64,000 nt of DNA from an uncultured Actinomycetota bacterium (GTDB taxonomy: Bacteria; Actinomycetota; Actinomycetes; JACCUZ01): NCBI GenBank assembly GCA_963771345.1, contig CAVYTH010000018.1:7335-71334 (forward strand), given 5' to 3'. Below, one piece after another: positions 33,020-43,685 of the stretch (position 1 is its first letter; each line of letters begins with the position of its first letter). The position numbers and the translations under genes are program-made. The notes beneath the pieces are model-generated. The model searched no databases. It saw only the letters and a list, made by a program, of their open reading frames with translations, and was not told where the DNA came from.

Positions 33020-34030
33020 ATGGACTTCCGACACCTCGGCCGCAGCGGCCTCAAGATCTCCGAGATCACCTACGGCAACTGGCTCACCCACGGCTCCCAG
33101 GTGGAGAACGAGGTGGCGACCCAGTGCGTGCGCGCTGCCCTCGACGCCGGGATCTCGACGTTCGACACCGCCGACGTCTACGCCAACACCAAGGCCGAGA
33201 CCGTGCTGGGTGCGGCCCTGAAGGGCGAGCGCCGCGAGTCGCTGGAGATCTTCACCAAGGTCTACTGGCCGACCGGACCCGGCGGGAAGAACGACGTCGG
33301 CCTGTCCCGCAAGCACATCATGGAGTCGATCAACGGGTCGCTGACCCGGCTGCAGACCGACTACGTCGACCTCTACCAGGCGCACCGGTTCGACCACGAG
33401 ACGCCGCTCGAGGAGACGATGCAGGCCTTCGCCGACGTCGTCCGCGCCGGCAAGGCGCTGTACATCGGCGTCAGCGAGTGGACCGCGGCGCAGATCCGGG
33501 CCGGCCACGCGCTGGCCGAGGAGCTCGGTGTGCACCTCGTGTCGTCGCAGCCGCAGTACTCCATGCTCTGGCGCGTCATCGAGGCCGAGGTCGTGCCGAC
33601 CAGCCGCGAGCTGGGGATCGGGCAGATCGTCTGGTCGCCGATCGCGCAGGGCGTGCTCACCGGCAAGTACAAGCCCGGCGAGGCACCGCCGGCCGGCTCG
33701 CGCGCCACCGACGAGAAGGGTGGCGCCGACATGATCAAGCGGTTCATGAACGACGACATCCTCGGCCGGGTGCAGAAGCTGTCGCCGGTCGCCGACGAGC
33801 TCGGCCTGACGATGGCGCAGCTCGCGGTGGCCTGGGTGCTGCAGAACGACAACGTCTCGGCGGCGATCGTCGGCGCCTCGCGGCCCGAGCAGGTCGTCGA
33901 GAACGTCAAGGCCGCCGGGGTGCAGATCCCGGCCGAGCTGATGAAGCGGATCGACGACGTCCTCGGCGACACCGTGGAGCGCGACCCCGGCAAGACCACG
34001 GCGAACGCACCGGCGTCCCGCCCGGCCTGA
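33020..34030 (+). CDS. Aldo/keto reductase (Kv-beta-like)
   Basis: FDTADVY, IFTKV, LQTDYVDLYQAH, YIGVSEW, WSPIAQG; intact. Confidence 0.95.
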   Translation: MDFRHLGRSGLKISEITYGNWLTHGSQVENEVATQCVRAALDAGISTFDTADVYANTKAETVLGAALKGERRESLEIFTKVYWPTGPGGKNDVGLSRKHIMESINGSLTRLQTDYVDLYQAHRFDHETPLEETMQAFADVVRAGKALYIGVSEWTAAQIRAGHALAEELGVHLVSSQPQYSMLWRVIEAEVVPTSRELGIGQIVWSPIAQGVLTGKYKPGEAPPAGSRATDEKGGADMIKRFMNDDILGRVQKLSPVADELGLTMAQLAVAWVLQNDNVSAAIVGASRPEQVVENVKAAGVQIPAELMKRIDDVLGDTVERDPGKTTANAPASRPA

Positions 34031-34045
34031 CGGGAGCGGGGCGGC

Positions 34046-34633
34046 TCACTTGCCGCTGCGGCGCCGTCCCTTGAGCCGCGGGGGCGGCAGCCGGAACCGG
34101 CGGATCTGCATGCTGCGCATCAGGGCGTAGGGAACGGCGCCCTTGCGCGGCTGGTCGGGGAAGTTGCGGCTGATGCCGCGGCGCAGCCGCATGATCAGCA
34201 CCGTCGAGTCGAGAATGATCAGGACGACCAGGACGACCCACAGCGCGCTGCCGGCGAGCCGCAGCTGGTCGCTCGAGGTGAACGACAGCACCAGGATGAC
34301 CAGCGCGAACGGCAGGAAGAACTCCGCGACCGAGCGGCGGGCGTCGACGACGTCGCGGACGTACCGGCGTACCGGGCCGCGGTCCCGCGGCGGCAGGTTG
34401 CGCTCGTCGCCCGTCCGCAGCGCCGCCATCTGGTGGGTCCGCTCCTCGCGCTGCTTCTCGCGCATCGAGCGGTAGGCCTCCTTGCGGGTCTTCGGCGCGG
34501 TCGTCGCGCGGCGCCGCCCCTTCTCGGCCTCGCGGCGCTTCGGGGTCGGCCGGCCCTTGCCGCCGGTCTTGGCCTCGCTGGCCTCGACGGCGGTCGCCTC
34601 CTCAGCGGCGGGCGCCTTGCTTCGTCCGAACAC
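34046..34633 (-). CDS. DUF3043 family membrane protein
   Basis: GKGRPTPKRREAE, LPPRDRGPVRRYVRDVVDARR, YALMRSMQIRRFRLP. Confidence 0.92.
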   Translation of the reverse strand: MFGRSKAPAAEEATAVEASEAKTGGKGRPTPKRREAEKGRRRATTAPKTRKEAYRSMREKQREERTHQMAALRTGDERNLPPRDRGPVRRYVRDVVDARRSVAEFFLPFALVILVLSFTSSDQLRLAGSALWVVLVVLIILDSTVLIMRLRRGISRNFPDQPRKGAVPYALMRSMQIRRFRLPPPRLKGRRRSGK

Positions 34634-34685
34634 GGGCGTCAGCGTACCTGCGGGGTCGGTGCCGGGCAGGCGCCCGGGGAAGGTG

Positions 34686-34712
34686 GGAACTTCCTCGCCG
34701 GTGCGGGCGTCC
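34686..34712 (+). promoter_or_regulatory. Putative ECF (sigmaE-type) promoter of the pspA operon
   Basis: GGAACT-N16-CGTCC. Confidence 0.55.
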
Positions 34713-34790
34713 CCAGGAGGTGCAGCCGGTTCTAGGGTGGGTGCGAGGGCCCGGTACGGGCCGCCACGACGAAGGGGGCCCCCGAGTCCG

Positions 34791-35584
34791 ATGAGCGTCA
34801 TGAAGCGACTCAAGCTGATCTTCAGTGCCAAGGCGAACAAGGCTCTCGACCGCGCCGAGGACCCGCGCGAGGTACTGGACTACTCCTACGAGCGCCAGCT
34901 CGAGATGCTGCAGAAGGTACGCCGGGGCGTCGCCGACGTGGCGACCTCGCGCAAGCGCCTCGAGCTGCAGATGCAGCAGCTCGAGCAGCAGTCGACGAAG
35001 CTCGAGGGGCAGGGCCGCCAGGCGCTCGCCGCCGGCCGCGAGGACCTCGCCCGCGAGGCGCTGACCCGCCGGTCCGGCGCTGCAGCAGCAGATCGCCGAC
35101 CTCGCCACCCAGCACGCCGCGCTGCAGGGGGAGGAGGAGAAGCTCGTCCTCGCCTCGCAGCGGCTGCAGGCCAAGGTCGACGCGTTCCGCACCCGCAAGG
35201 AGACCATCAAGGCCACCTACACCGCGGCCGAGGCGCAGAGCAAGATCGGCGAGGCGTTCTCCGGCATCTCCGAGGAGATGGGCGACGTCGGCCTCGCGGT
35301 CCAGCGGGCCGAGGACAAGACGCAGGCCATGCAGGCGCGGGCCGGTGCCATCGACGAGCTGCTCGCCAGCGGCGCGCTCGACGACGCGTCGGGCACCGCC
35401 AAGGACGACATCACCGCCGAGCTCGAGCGGATGGGCAGCCAGGGCGAGGTCGAGCTCGAGCTGGCCAGGCTGAAGGGCGAGCTCGGCGCCGGCAAGGCGC
35501 CCGAGGCCATCGAGGGTGGCCGCTCCGCCCGCCGCAGGCACCGCCGCGACCGAGCCGCAGAGCGCGGAGGGGGAGCGGCCGTGA
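34791..35584 (+). CDS. pspA: PspA/IM30 family protein (frameshifted)
   Basis: KANKALDRAEDPRE.LDYSY.RQLE, GREDLAREAL, FRTRKETIKATY, AMQARAGAIDEL. Confidence 0.93.
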
Positions 35585-35867
35585 TCGTCCGGGTGCTCGG
35601 GCGAGGGGCAGTACGACGTCGACGACGCGCACGCCGAGCTGCTCAACGGGCTGGACAGCGGCCTCGAGCGGGCCGTCGAGTCCGGCGACGAGGCAGCCTT
35701 CCGGTCCGCGCTCGGCCGAGCTGCTCAGCCAGGTGCGCACCATCGGCGAGCGGCTGCCGGACGAGTCGCTGGAGCCCTCCGACGCTGCGATCCCGGACGA
35801 GAGCAGCTCGCTCGAGGAGGTCCGGGCGATGCTGGCCGGCTCGAGCGAGGGTCTGATCCCCGGATAG
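35581..35867 (+). CDS. PspA-associated protein PspAA (frameshifted)
   Basis: MIVRVLGEGQY...LN.LD...L.PSD..IP...SLEEVRAML...EGLIPG. Confidence 0.85.
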
Positions 35868-35870
35868 CCG

Positions 35871-36773
35871 ATGGCCCACTCCCGCTACCGCCCCGACCGC
35901 GGCCTCTCCGCCCGGATGGGCTTCACCGTGTTCCTGCTCGGTGCCCTGTTCGTCGTCCTCGGCGCCGTCCTCGTCTACTACTTCGGCGCGCTCGGGCTGA
36001 TCTTCATCGCCGGCTTCCTCGCCGTGCAGTGGTTCTTCTCCGACCGCATCGCGCTGTTCGCGATGGGCGGCCGCGAGGTCACGCCGGAGGAGGCCCCGCA
36101 GCTGCACGCGATCGTCGACCGGCTGTGCGCGCTGGCCGACATGCCCAAGCCGAAGGTCGCGATCGCCGACAGCGACGTGCCCAACGCGTTCGCCACCGGA
36201 CGGTCGCCGCAACGCGCCGTGGTGTGCGCGACGACCGGCATCATGCGGCGGCTCGACGAGCGCGAGCTCGAGGGCGTGCTCGCGCACGAGCTCTCGCACG
36301 TCGCCCACCGCGACGTCACGGTCATGACGCTCGCGTCGTTCGTCGGCGTCCTGGCCGGCTTCCTCACCCGGATGGCGTTCTACAGCGGCATGTTCGGCGG
36401 CCGCCGCAACGACAACGGCGGAGCGCCGGTCGTGCTCGTCATCACGCTGGTCAGCCTCGTCGTCTACGCGTTGTCGTTCCTGCTGACCCGCGTCCTGTCG
36501 CGCTACCGCGAGCTGGCCGCCGACCGGGCCGGCGCCTTCCTCACCGGTCAGCCGTCCGCCCTGGCGTCGGCTCTCACCAAGATCAGCGGCGAGATGGGCC
36601 GCATCCCCACCAGGGACCTGCGCCAGGCGGAGCCGTTCAACGCGTTCTTCTTCACTCCCGCCGTCGCCCCCGGCTTCAGCATCTCCTCGCTGTTCTCCAC
36701 CCACCCGCCGCTGGAGAAGCGGCTCGACCAGCTCGCCCGCATCTCGGCCGACCTCAACCGCCCCTCGGCGTGA
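35871..36773 (+). CDS. htpX: HtpX-like M48 zinc metalloprotease
   Basis: PNAFATG, LAHELSH, SRYRELAAD, FSTHPP. Confidence 0.95.
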   Translation: MAHSRYRPDRGLSARMGFTVFLLGALFVVLGAVLVYYFGALGLIFIAGFLAVQWFFSDRIALFAMGGREVTPEEAPQLHAIVDRLCALADMPKPKVAIADSDVPNAFATGRSPQRAVVCATTGIMRRLDERELEGVLAHELSHVAHRDVTVMTLASFVGVLAGFLTRMAFYSGMFGGRRNDNGGAPVVLVITLVSLVVYALSFLLTRVLSRYRELAADRAGAFLTGQPSALASALTKISGEMGRIPTRDLRQAEPFNAFFFTPAVAPGFSISSLFSTHPPLEKRLDQLARISADLNRPSA

Positions 36774-36786
36774 GGCGTACGTCGAC

Positions 36787-37357
36787 GTGAAGTGGCTCGA
36801 TGCCGTCATGGGCCGCACCAAGCAGGTGCGGCCCGACCTCGACAGCCTCTTCGCCATCCCCGAGGCCGCGATCACGCTGGAGGTCGCGATGGGCCTGCGG
36901 CCGACCGGGCTCGGCTCGGTCTGCTTCCGGGCGGTCGAGGGCAGCACGTTCTCGACGGTGCAGGGCGACATCCAGCAGCTGCTGGACGCCGACGGCGGGC
37001 CGAAGGTGGAGGCGTCGACCGACTCGTTCGGCTTCACCTGGCTGCTCGTGCGGCACGACGCCGCTCGAGCTGTCGGCCCTGGTCACCGAGCTGCACGCGG
37101 TGAACTCGACGCTGCAGGACCACGGCTTCGCGCCGACGCTGCTCTGCTCGCTGGTCGGGTTCGAGGCGCAGGGCGACCGGCCGGTCGGGCTGGTCTACCT
37201 CTACAAGCGCGGCACCTTCTACCCGTTCGCGCCCAGCGGCCCGGACCAGCGGGACACCGCCCTGGAGCTGCAGGTCCGCAGTGCCGTCGGCGCCGACCTG
37301 CCGGTGGAGGCGGACCTGGCCCGCTGGTTCCCGGTGTGGGGCGCGCCGGGGCTCTGA
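36787..37357 (+). CDS. PspA-associated protein PspAB (frameshifted)
   Basis: LDSLFAIPEAAITL, D.FGFTW, LHAVNSTL...GF...LLC, LVYLYKRGTFYPFAP, WFPVWGAP. Confidence 0.85.
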
Positions 37358-37366
37358 GGCTGTCGC

Positions 37367-37755
37367 TCAGGCCGTGCGAGCCGATGCGCACCACGGTGCC
37401 GTCGGGGTCGGTGAGCCAGGCCTCCCGCAGCCCCCACGGCTGCAGGGTCGGGGCTGCCGATCGACCCCGGGCCGTCGGCGGGCAGCCCGAGCGCGGCCCA
37501 CTCCGCGTGCACCGCGGTGGCGTCGCCGACGTGCAGGTAGCAGGCGGTTCGGTTGGCCGCGGGGTCGAGGTCCGGCCGGTGCGCGAAGTGCAGCTCGGCT
37601 CCCTCCCGGACGGCGATCAGGTACGGGTCGTCGTCCGGCGTGGCATCGACCACCCGGAAGCCCAGCCGCTGCCAGAACTCCGTGGTCACCGCCGCGTCCC
37701 GCGACGGCAGGATCGGCACCGGCCGCCAGTCGTGACTGTGGTCGTGCTCCGCCAT
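37367..37755 (-). CDS. VOC/glyoxalase-bleomycin-resistance family protein (frameshifted)
   Basis: PILPSRD...FWQRLGF...YL...GAELHF...ACYLHV...PWGLREA.LTDPDGT. Confidence 0.8.
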
Positions 37756-37840
37756 CGAGACCTCCCGCTCGTCCGCCAGACCACTCTGGTCATGGCCGCA
37801 CCCGGTGATCGTGCCACTCGGGGTGCGCGAGGATGCGGGG

Positions 37841-38860
37841 ATGAAGGTCCTGGTGGCGCCCGACCGGTTCGGGGTCGAGCTGGCCGCCGCCGAGGCAGCC
37901 GACGCGTTGGCGCTCGGCTGGGCTCGCTCGGCGCCGTACGACGAGCTGGACCTGCTGCCGCTGTCCGACGGGGGACCCGGCTTCCTCGACGTGCTGCACA
38001 GCGCCCTCGGCGGCGAGATCGGCGTCGTCACGGTGCGCGGACCGCTCGGCGACCCGGTGCCGGCCCGGCTGCTGCGGGTGGCCGACACCGCGTACGTCGA
38101 GGCCGCCGAGGCCGTTGGCCTGCACCTGGTCGACCCCGGCCGGCGCGACCCGGTCGGCGCGTCGTCGTACGGCGTCGGCGAGCTGGTGGTCGCGGCGGCG
38201 GGCAGCGGCGCCGGGCGGGTGGTCGTCGGGGTCGGTGGCACCGCCACCACCGACGGCGGCCGCGGCCTGATCGCGGCCCTTGACGGCCACCGCGACGACC
38301 TGGCGGACGTCGAGCTGGTGGCCGCGACAGCGACCGACGCCCCGCTGATGGGTCACTCCGGCGCGGCGCACGGCTTCGCCGCCGGCAAAGGCGCCGACCG
38401 GGCCGCCCGCGAGCAGCTCGAGACGGCTCTGCGCGAGTGGGCGACCCAGACCGACGGCGGTCTGGCGGTGCGCCCGGGTGCCGGTGCCGGCGGCGGCATC
38501 GGGTTCGGGCTGCTGCTCCTGGGCGCCGAGCGGGTCAACGGCACCGCCCTCGTCACGGAGGCGACCGGCCTGGACCAGCGGGTGCGGGCCGCCGACCTGG
38601 CCGTCACCGCCCTCGGCATCTTCGACTGGGAGTCGCTGCGCGGCCGGGTAGTGGTCGGTGTGACCCGAGCGGCCCAGCAGGCGGGCCGGCCGACGGTGGT
38701 GCTGGCCGACCGGGTCGACATCGGGCGGCGTGAGCTCTCGTCGGCCGGCGTGGACGCGGCGTACGCGGCGGACGACGTGCCGTTGGGTGACGAGCTTCAC
38801 AGTGCGGCGGACCGGCTGGCCGTGCTGGCCGCCCGGGTCGCGCGGACCTGGTCGCGCTAA
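37841..38860 (+). CDS. Glycerate kinase family protein (divergent motifs)
   Basis: VLVAPD, PLSDGGPG, ASSYGVGE, GVGGTATTDGG, GAGAGGGIG. Confidence 0.85.
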   Translation: MKVLVAPDRFGVELAAAEAADALALGWARSAPYDELDLLPLSDGGPGFLDVLHSALGGEIGVVTVRGPLGDPVPARLLRVADTAYVEAAEAVGLHLVDPGRRDPVGASSYGVGELVVAAAGSGAGRVVVGVGGTATTDGGRGLIAALDGHRDDLADVELVAATATDAPLMGHSGAAHGFAAGKGADRAAREQLETALREWATQTDGGLAVRPGAGAGGGIGFGLLLLGAERVNGTALVTEATGLDQRVRAADLAVTALGIFDWESLRGRVVVGVTRAAQQAGRPTVVLADRVDIGRRELSSAGVDAAYAADDVPLGDELHSAADRLAVLAARVARTWSR

Positions 38861-38933
38861 GTCCTGGCATCCGCCCGACCCTGTGCAACCATGGTGGGCG
38901 AAGGATCAGGACCTCGTACCCAGGAGCACCCAC

Positions 38934-39302
38934 ATGACCGTTCAGGACCAGTCCACCGAGCAGGCCGCAGAGCAGGCCCCCGGCGTGCTGCTGACCGACA
39001 CGGCCGCGTCGAAGGTCAAGAGCCTGCTGGAGCAGGAAGGCCGCGACGACCTCGCCCTCCGGGTGGCCGTGCAGCCGGGCGGCTGCAGCGGCCTGCGCTA
39101 CCAGCTCTTCTTCGACGAGCGCACCCTCGACGGTGACGTGGTCACCGACTTCGGCGGCGTCGGTGTCGTCGTCGACCGGATGAGCGCGCCCTACCTCAGC
39201 GGGGCGTCGATCGACTTCGTCGACACCATCGAGAAGCAGGGGTTCACGATCGACAACCCGAACGCCGGCGGCTCGTGCGCCTGCGGCGACTCCTTCCACT
39301 GA
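38934..39302 (+). CDS. HesB/IscA A-type Fe-S carrier
   Basis: PGGCSGLRY, FTIDNPNAGGSCACGDSF. Confidence 0.96.
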   Translation: MTVQDQSTEQAAEQAPGVLLTDTAASKVKSLLEQEGRDDLALRVAVQPGGCSGLRYQLFFDERTLDGDVVTDFGGVGVVVDRMSAPYLSGASIDFVDTIEKQGFTIDNPNAGGSCACGDSFH

Positions 39303-39318
39303 CCCACTGACCTTCGGT

Positions 39319-39357
39319 ACTCCGGCCCGGCCCGCCTCGTGCGGTCCGGGCCGGAGT
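39319..39357. terminator. GC-rich hairpin, probable bidirectional terminator
   Basis: ACTCCGGCCCGGCCCGC-CTCGT-GCGGTCCGGGCCGGAGT between convergent genes. Confidence 0.7.
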
Positions 39358-39368
39358 GCGGTCCGGCG

Positions 39369-40781
39369 CTACTTCGCCGGGCCGAGCAGGGTCTCGCCGG
39401 TGTCGGCGTCCACCACCTGGCGCTTGTCCAGCGGGGCGTCCAGCGGCACCGTCTTCTTCACCTCGACCGCGAGCTCGATGCACACCTGGGCGCCGTCGTC
39501 CCGGCTCTCGACGACGCTGATGGCCACCTTGTCGCCGTCCTCGACGGCCCGCACCTTGTAGTCGTAGCACTCCGGCACGCCGCCCCAGAAGGTGACGTCG
39601 ATGGTCCGGTCGTCGGCGCCGCGGCTCACGGCGGTGAAGCGCGACTCGGGCTGCGCAGGGGCGGGGTCGGCCGAGGGCGTCTCCGGCGGCACGGCCGTCC
39701 CTGAGCTGCCGGGCACGCCGCCGCCGGAGCCCGCGGACGGCTCCAGCAGCTGCGGCTCGACGGCCACCTGCACGAGCGGGTGCATCGACTTCTCGACGGT
39801 GAACAGCCAGGACGGCACCAGCATCGGGCCGTCGTCGGTCTCCTGGAGGGACAGCCCGAGCTGCGCGCCGGTGACGGTGACCGGGCCGCCGCACGGCACC
39901 GGGTCGGTGCCCTCCGGCAGTGGCTGGTCGCAGGCGGTCAGCGGCATCGGCAGCGGGTTGCGGACGAGCGTGTCCCACGCCTCGCGGGCGGACACCAGCG
40001 GGTACTCGGCACCCGGCTGGGTCTCGGCCAACCAGCCGGCGCCGGACTCGACCGAGTCACCGGCGACGACCAGGGTCGTGCCGAAGCCGGTCGTGGGCAG
40101 GCCGTCGACCTCCGGGTCCACCTGCACCTCGACCCGCGGGCCGGCCGGGCCCACCGACGCGGCCCCGTCGTCCAGCCCGGCGTCGTCGAGGAACCGCTGG
40201 GCGGTCGCCTTCGCCTGGTCACCCGAGGTGGTCACGACGGGCTCCTTGTCGGCGCCGCCCTCCGGCCAGACCCGCTCGTCGGAGGACACCCGCTCGTCCA
40301 CCGTCCCGTCGCTGGACGAGACGGACCCGTCGTCCGAGGTGACGGCGCCCATGGACCGCCCGTAGTTCCACGGGCTGCCGGCGCTGTGCCGGACGCCGAG
40401 CCGCTGCTCCTCGTCCTGCCAGGTGGTCTCGACGCCGGCGTCGACCGGTTCGCCGGTGAGGCCGAGCGCGTCGGCGAGCCGCGCGGCCGCCTCGTCGTCC
40501 GGCGTCGCGTCGCGCACCCGGTGCACCGGCGCCGAGCCGGGCCCGTCGGGCAGGTCGGCGTCCGGCGCGAGCTGGTAGCGCGGGTCCGGCTCGCCGGCAG
40601 CAGGCGGCGACCAGCCGGCCAGCCGGAGCGGGGTCGCGTCGCCGCCGGAGCCCGAGCTGCTGCCGGCGCCCGAGCCGGTCGGGTTGTCGTCGCGCAGGGC
40701 GACCCAGACGACGGCGATCACGGACAGGACCAGCGCGGCGACGACGAGCGGCGCCACGCGGCGTGCGGTATCCGGTCTCAT
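39369..40781 (-). CDS. Membrane-anchored hypothetical protein with large extracellular region
   Basis: 470 aa intact; N-terminal TM; YPLVSA.EA, LVPSWLF, C-terminal FWGGVPEC...CIELA...LDAPL..RQVVD. Confidence 0.8.
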   Translation of the reverse strand: MRPDTARRVAPLVVAALVLSVIAVVWVALRDDNPTGSGAGSSSGSGGDATPLRLAGWSPPAAGEPDPRYQLAPDADLPDGPGSAPVHRVRDATPDDEAAARLADALGLTGEPVDAGVETTWQDEEQRLGVRHSAGSPWNYGRSMGAVTSDDGSVSSSDGTVDERVSSDERVWPEGGADKEPVVTTSGDQAKATAQRFLDDAGLDDGAASVGPAGPRVEVQVDPEVDGLPTTGFGTTLVVAGDSVESGAGWLAETQPGAEYPLVSAREAWDTLVRNPLPMPLTACDQPLPEGTDPVPCGGPVTVTGAQLGLSLQETDDGPMLVPSWLFTVEKSMHPLVQVAVEPQLLEPSAGSGGGVPGSSGTAVPPETPSADPAPAQPESRFTAVSRGADDRTIDVTFWGGVPECYDYKVRAVEDGDKVAISVVESRDDGAQVCIELAVEVKKTVPLDAPLDKRQVVDADTGETLLGPAK

Positions 40782-40789
40782 GCCGATCG

Positions 40790-40815
40790 GACGCGCCGTC
40801 GCGTCGCCCGGTTCC
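40790..40815 (-). promoter_or_regulatory. Putative ECF (sigmaE-type) promoter
   Basis: Minus strand GGAACC-N16-CGTCC directly upstream of ATG 40781. Confidence 0.55.
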
Positions 40816-40823
40816 TCCGGATC

Positions 40824-41027
40824 TCAGTCGCCGTAGGTGTCCAGGCCCGCGACGACGCCGACAGCGCGGTCCGGGATGGTCAGCGTGCGGCGCGGCGGGG
40901 GGACCTCGGCCAGGTGCCGGGTGACCTCGGCGCAGTCGGAGACGAGGTCGTCGAGGGAGCCCGCCTCGGCCGCGGCAGGCTGCTCGGGGACGATCTGCTG
41001 CGAAACCGGGTCGTGGGGGAGGGTCAC
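40824..41027 (-). CDS. Small hypothetical protein (67 aa), probably leaderless
   Basis: TACCCT-6nt-GTG; GC3-rich codons; fills the intergenic gap. Confidence 0.55.
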   Translation of the reverse strand: MTLPHDPVSQQIVPEQPAAAEAGSLDDLVSDCAEVTRHLAEVPPPRRTLTIPDRAVGVVAGLDTYGD

Positions 41028-41067
41028 GACCGAAGGGTAGGCACGCCGGAGATGTGAGGGGAATGCT

Positions 41068-41079
41068 TACCGATCGGTA
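41068..41079. promoter_or_regulatory. Perfect palindrome TACCGATCGGTA (TetR-like operator candidate)
   Basis: 12-bp palindrome in the divergent intergenic region upstream of adoK. Confidence 0.4.
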
Positions 41080-41080
41080 G

Positions 41081-42122
<1,042 letters not shown>

Positions 42123-42126
<4 letters not shown>

Positions 42127-42845
42127 CCCCTGCCGGGCGGCCGCCGGTCGAGCCGCCGCCGTCGCGCTACGGCTTCGGCGACGTGGCGGCGGCCGGCCCG
42201 GGCGAGGAGCTGCTCGGGGTCGGCGCCGACCTCGAGCCGGGCACGGTGCTCGCGGCGTACCGGGCCGGCCTGTTCCCGATGCCGGTCTCGCGCCGCGGCG
42301 CCGATCGGCTGGTGGTCGCCGGACCCGCGCGGCGTGCTGCCGCTGGGCGCGCTGCGGGTCAGCCGGTCGCTGCGGGTCGCCTGCCGGCGCTTCGAGATCA
42401 GGGTCGACACGGCGTACGACGAGGTGGTGCGGGCCTGCGCCGACCCGAAGCGGCCGGGCGGCTGGATCCGCAAGGACGTCGTCGCTGCCTACCGCCGGCT
42501 GCACGAGCTGGGCTGGGTGCACAGCGTCGAGGCCTGGACGGTCGGGGCGGACGGCCGGGACCGGCTGGCGGGCGGGCTGTACGGCGTCGCGGTCGGCGGC
42601 CTGTTCGCGGGGGAGTCGATGTTCCACCGGGACCGCGACGCGTCGAAGGTGGCGCTGGTGGGGCTGGTCGACCTGCTCGGTGCCGACGGCCACGAGCGGC
42701 TGCTCGACGTGCAGTGGGCGACCGGGCACCTGGTCTCGCTGGGCGCCGTCGAGGTGGCCCGGCCGGCGTACCTCGGCGATGCTCGCCGAAGCCCTGCCCC
42801 TCCCTCAGCCGACGATGGGTCTGGAGTAGGGTTCTGCCCGCGTAG
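42123..42845 (+). CDS. aat: Leucyl/phenylalanyl-tRNA-protein transferase (frameshifted; ends approximate)
   Basis: [53 protein letters not shown]. Confidence 0.9.
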
Positions 42846-42893
42846 ACGAACGCCGGGAATGGCCTCCGGCACGACCACATCGAAGGGGCAACG

Positions 42894-43685
42894 TTGGGTC
42901 CGTCCGGCTCCGCCCGAACACGGCGTGCAGGCCGAGCCGTCGCGCTCGCCGGCCCTGCTCCTCGTGGTGCTCACCGCCTGCTCGTCCGACGAGCTGCCGA
43001 CCTTCGCGATGCCGGAGCGGGACGCCACCGAGCAGGCGACCTGGATCCTGTCGCTCTGGCAGGGGTCCTGGATCGCCGCGCTCATCGTCGGCGCCATCAC
43101 CTGGGGCCTGATCCTGTGGCCGGTCATCGCGTTCCGGCGCAAGCGGGGTGCCACCGACCTGCCGCCGCAGACGCGCTACAACCTGCCGATCGAGGTCTTC
43201 TACACCGCCGTCCCGCTGATCATCATCGCGGTCTTCTTCTACTTCACCGCCCGCGACGAGGACCGCATCATGAAGGTCTCGGCGAACCCGGACCACAAGA
43301 TCACGGTCACCGGCATCCAGTGGTCCTGGCAGTTCACCTACACCAGCGACGGTGACGAGCAGACGACGGTCACGGGTACGCCGGCCAAGCCGCCGACGCT
43401 GGTCCTGCCCGAGGGCGAGAGCGTGCAGTTCCGCCTCGAGTCCGACGACGTCATCCACTCGTTCTACGTGCCGGCGTTCCTGTTCAAGATGGACGTCATC
43501 CCGGGGCGGACGAACACCTTCGAGATCACCCCGACCAAGACCGGGTCGTACAAGGGCAAGTGCGCCGAGCTCTGCGGACGGGACCACTCCCGGATGCTGT
43601 TCAACGTCGAGGTCGTGAGCCCGGGGAGTACGACGCCTACGTCAGCGACCTGCAGCAGCGACTCCTCGAAGGGAGTGCCCAGTGA
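42894..43685 (+). CDS. ctaC: Cytochrome c oxidase subunit II (frameshifted)
   Basis: Lipobox-like LTAC, QWSW.F, DVIHSF.VP, CAELCG.DHSRM CuA motif. Confidence 0.93.
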
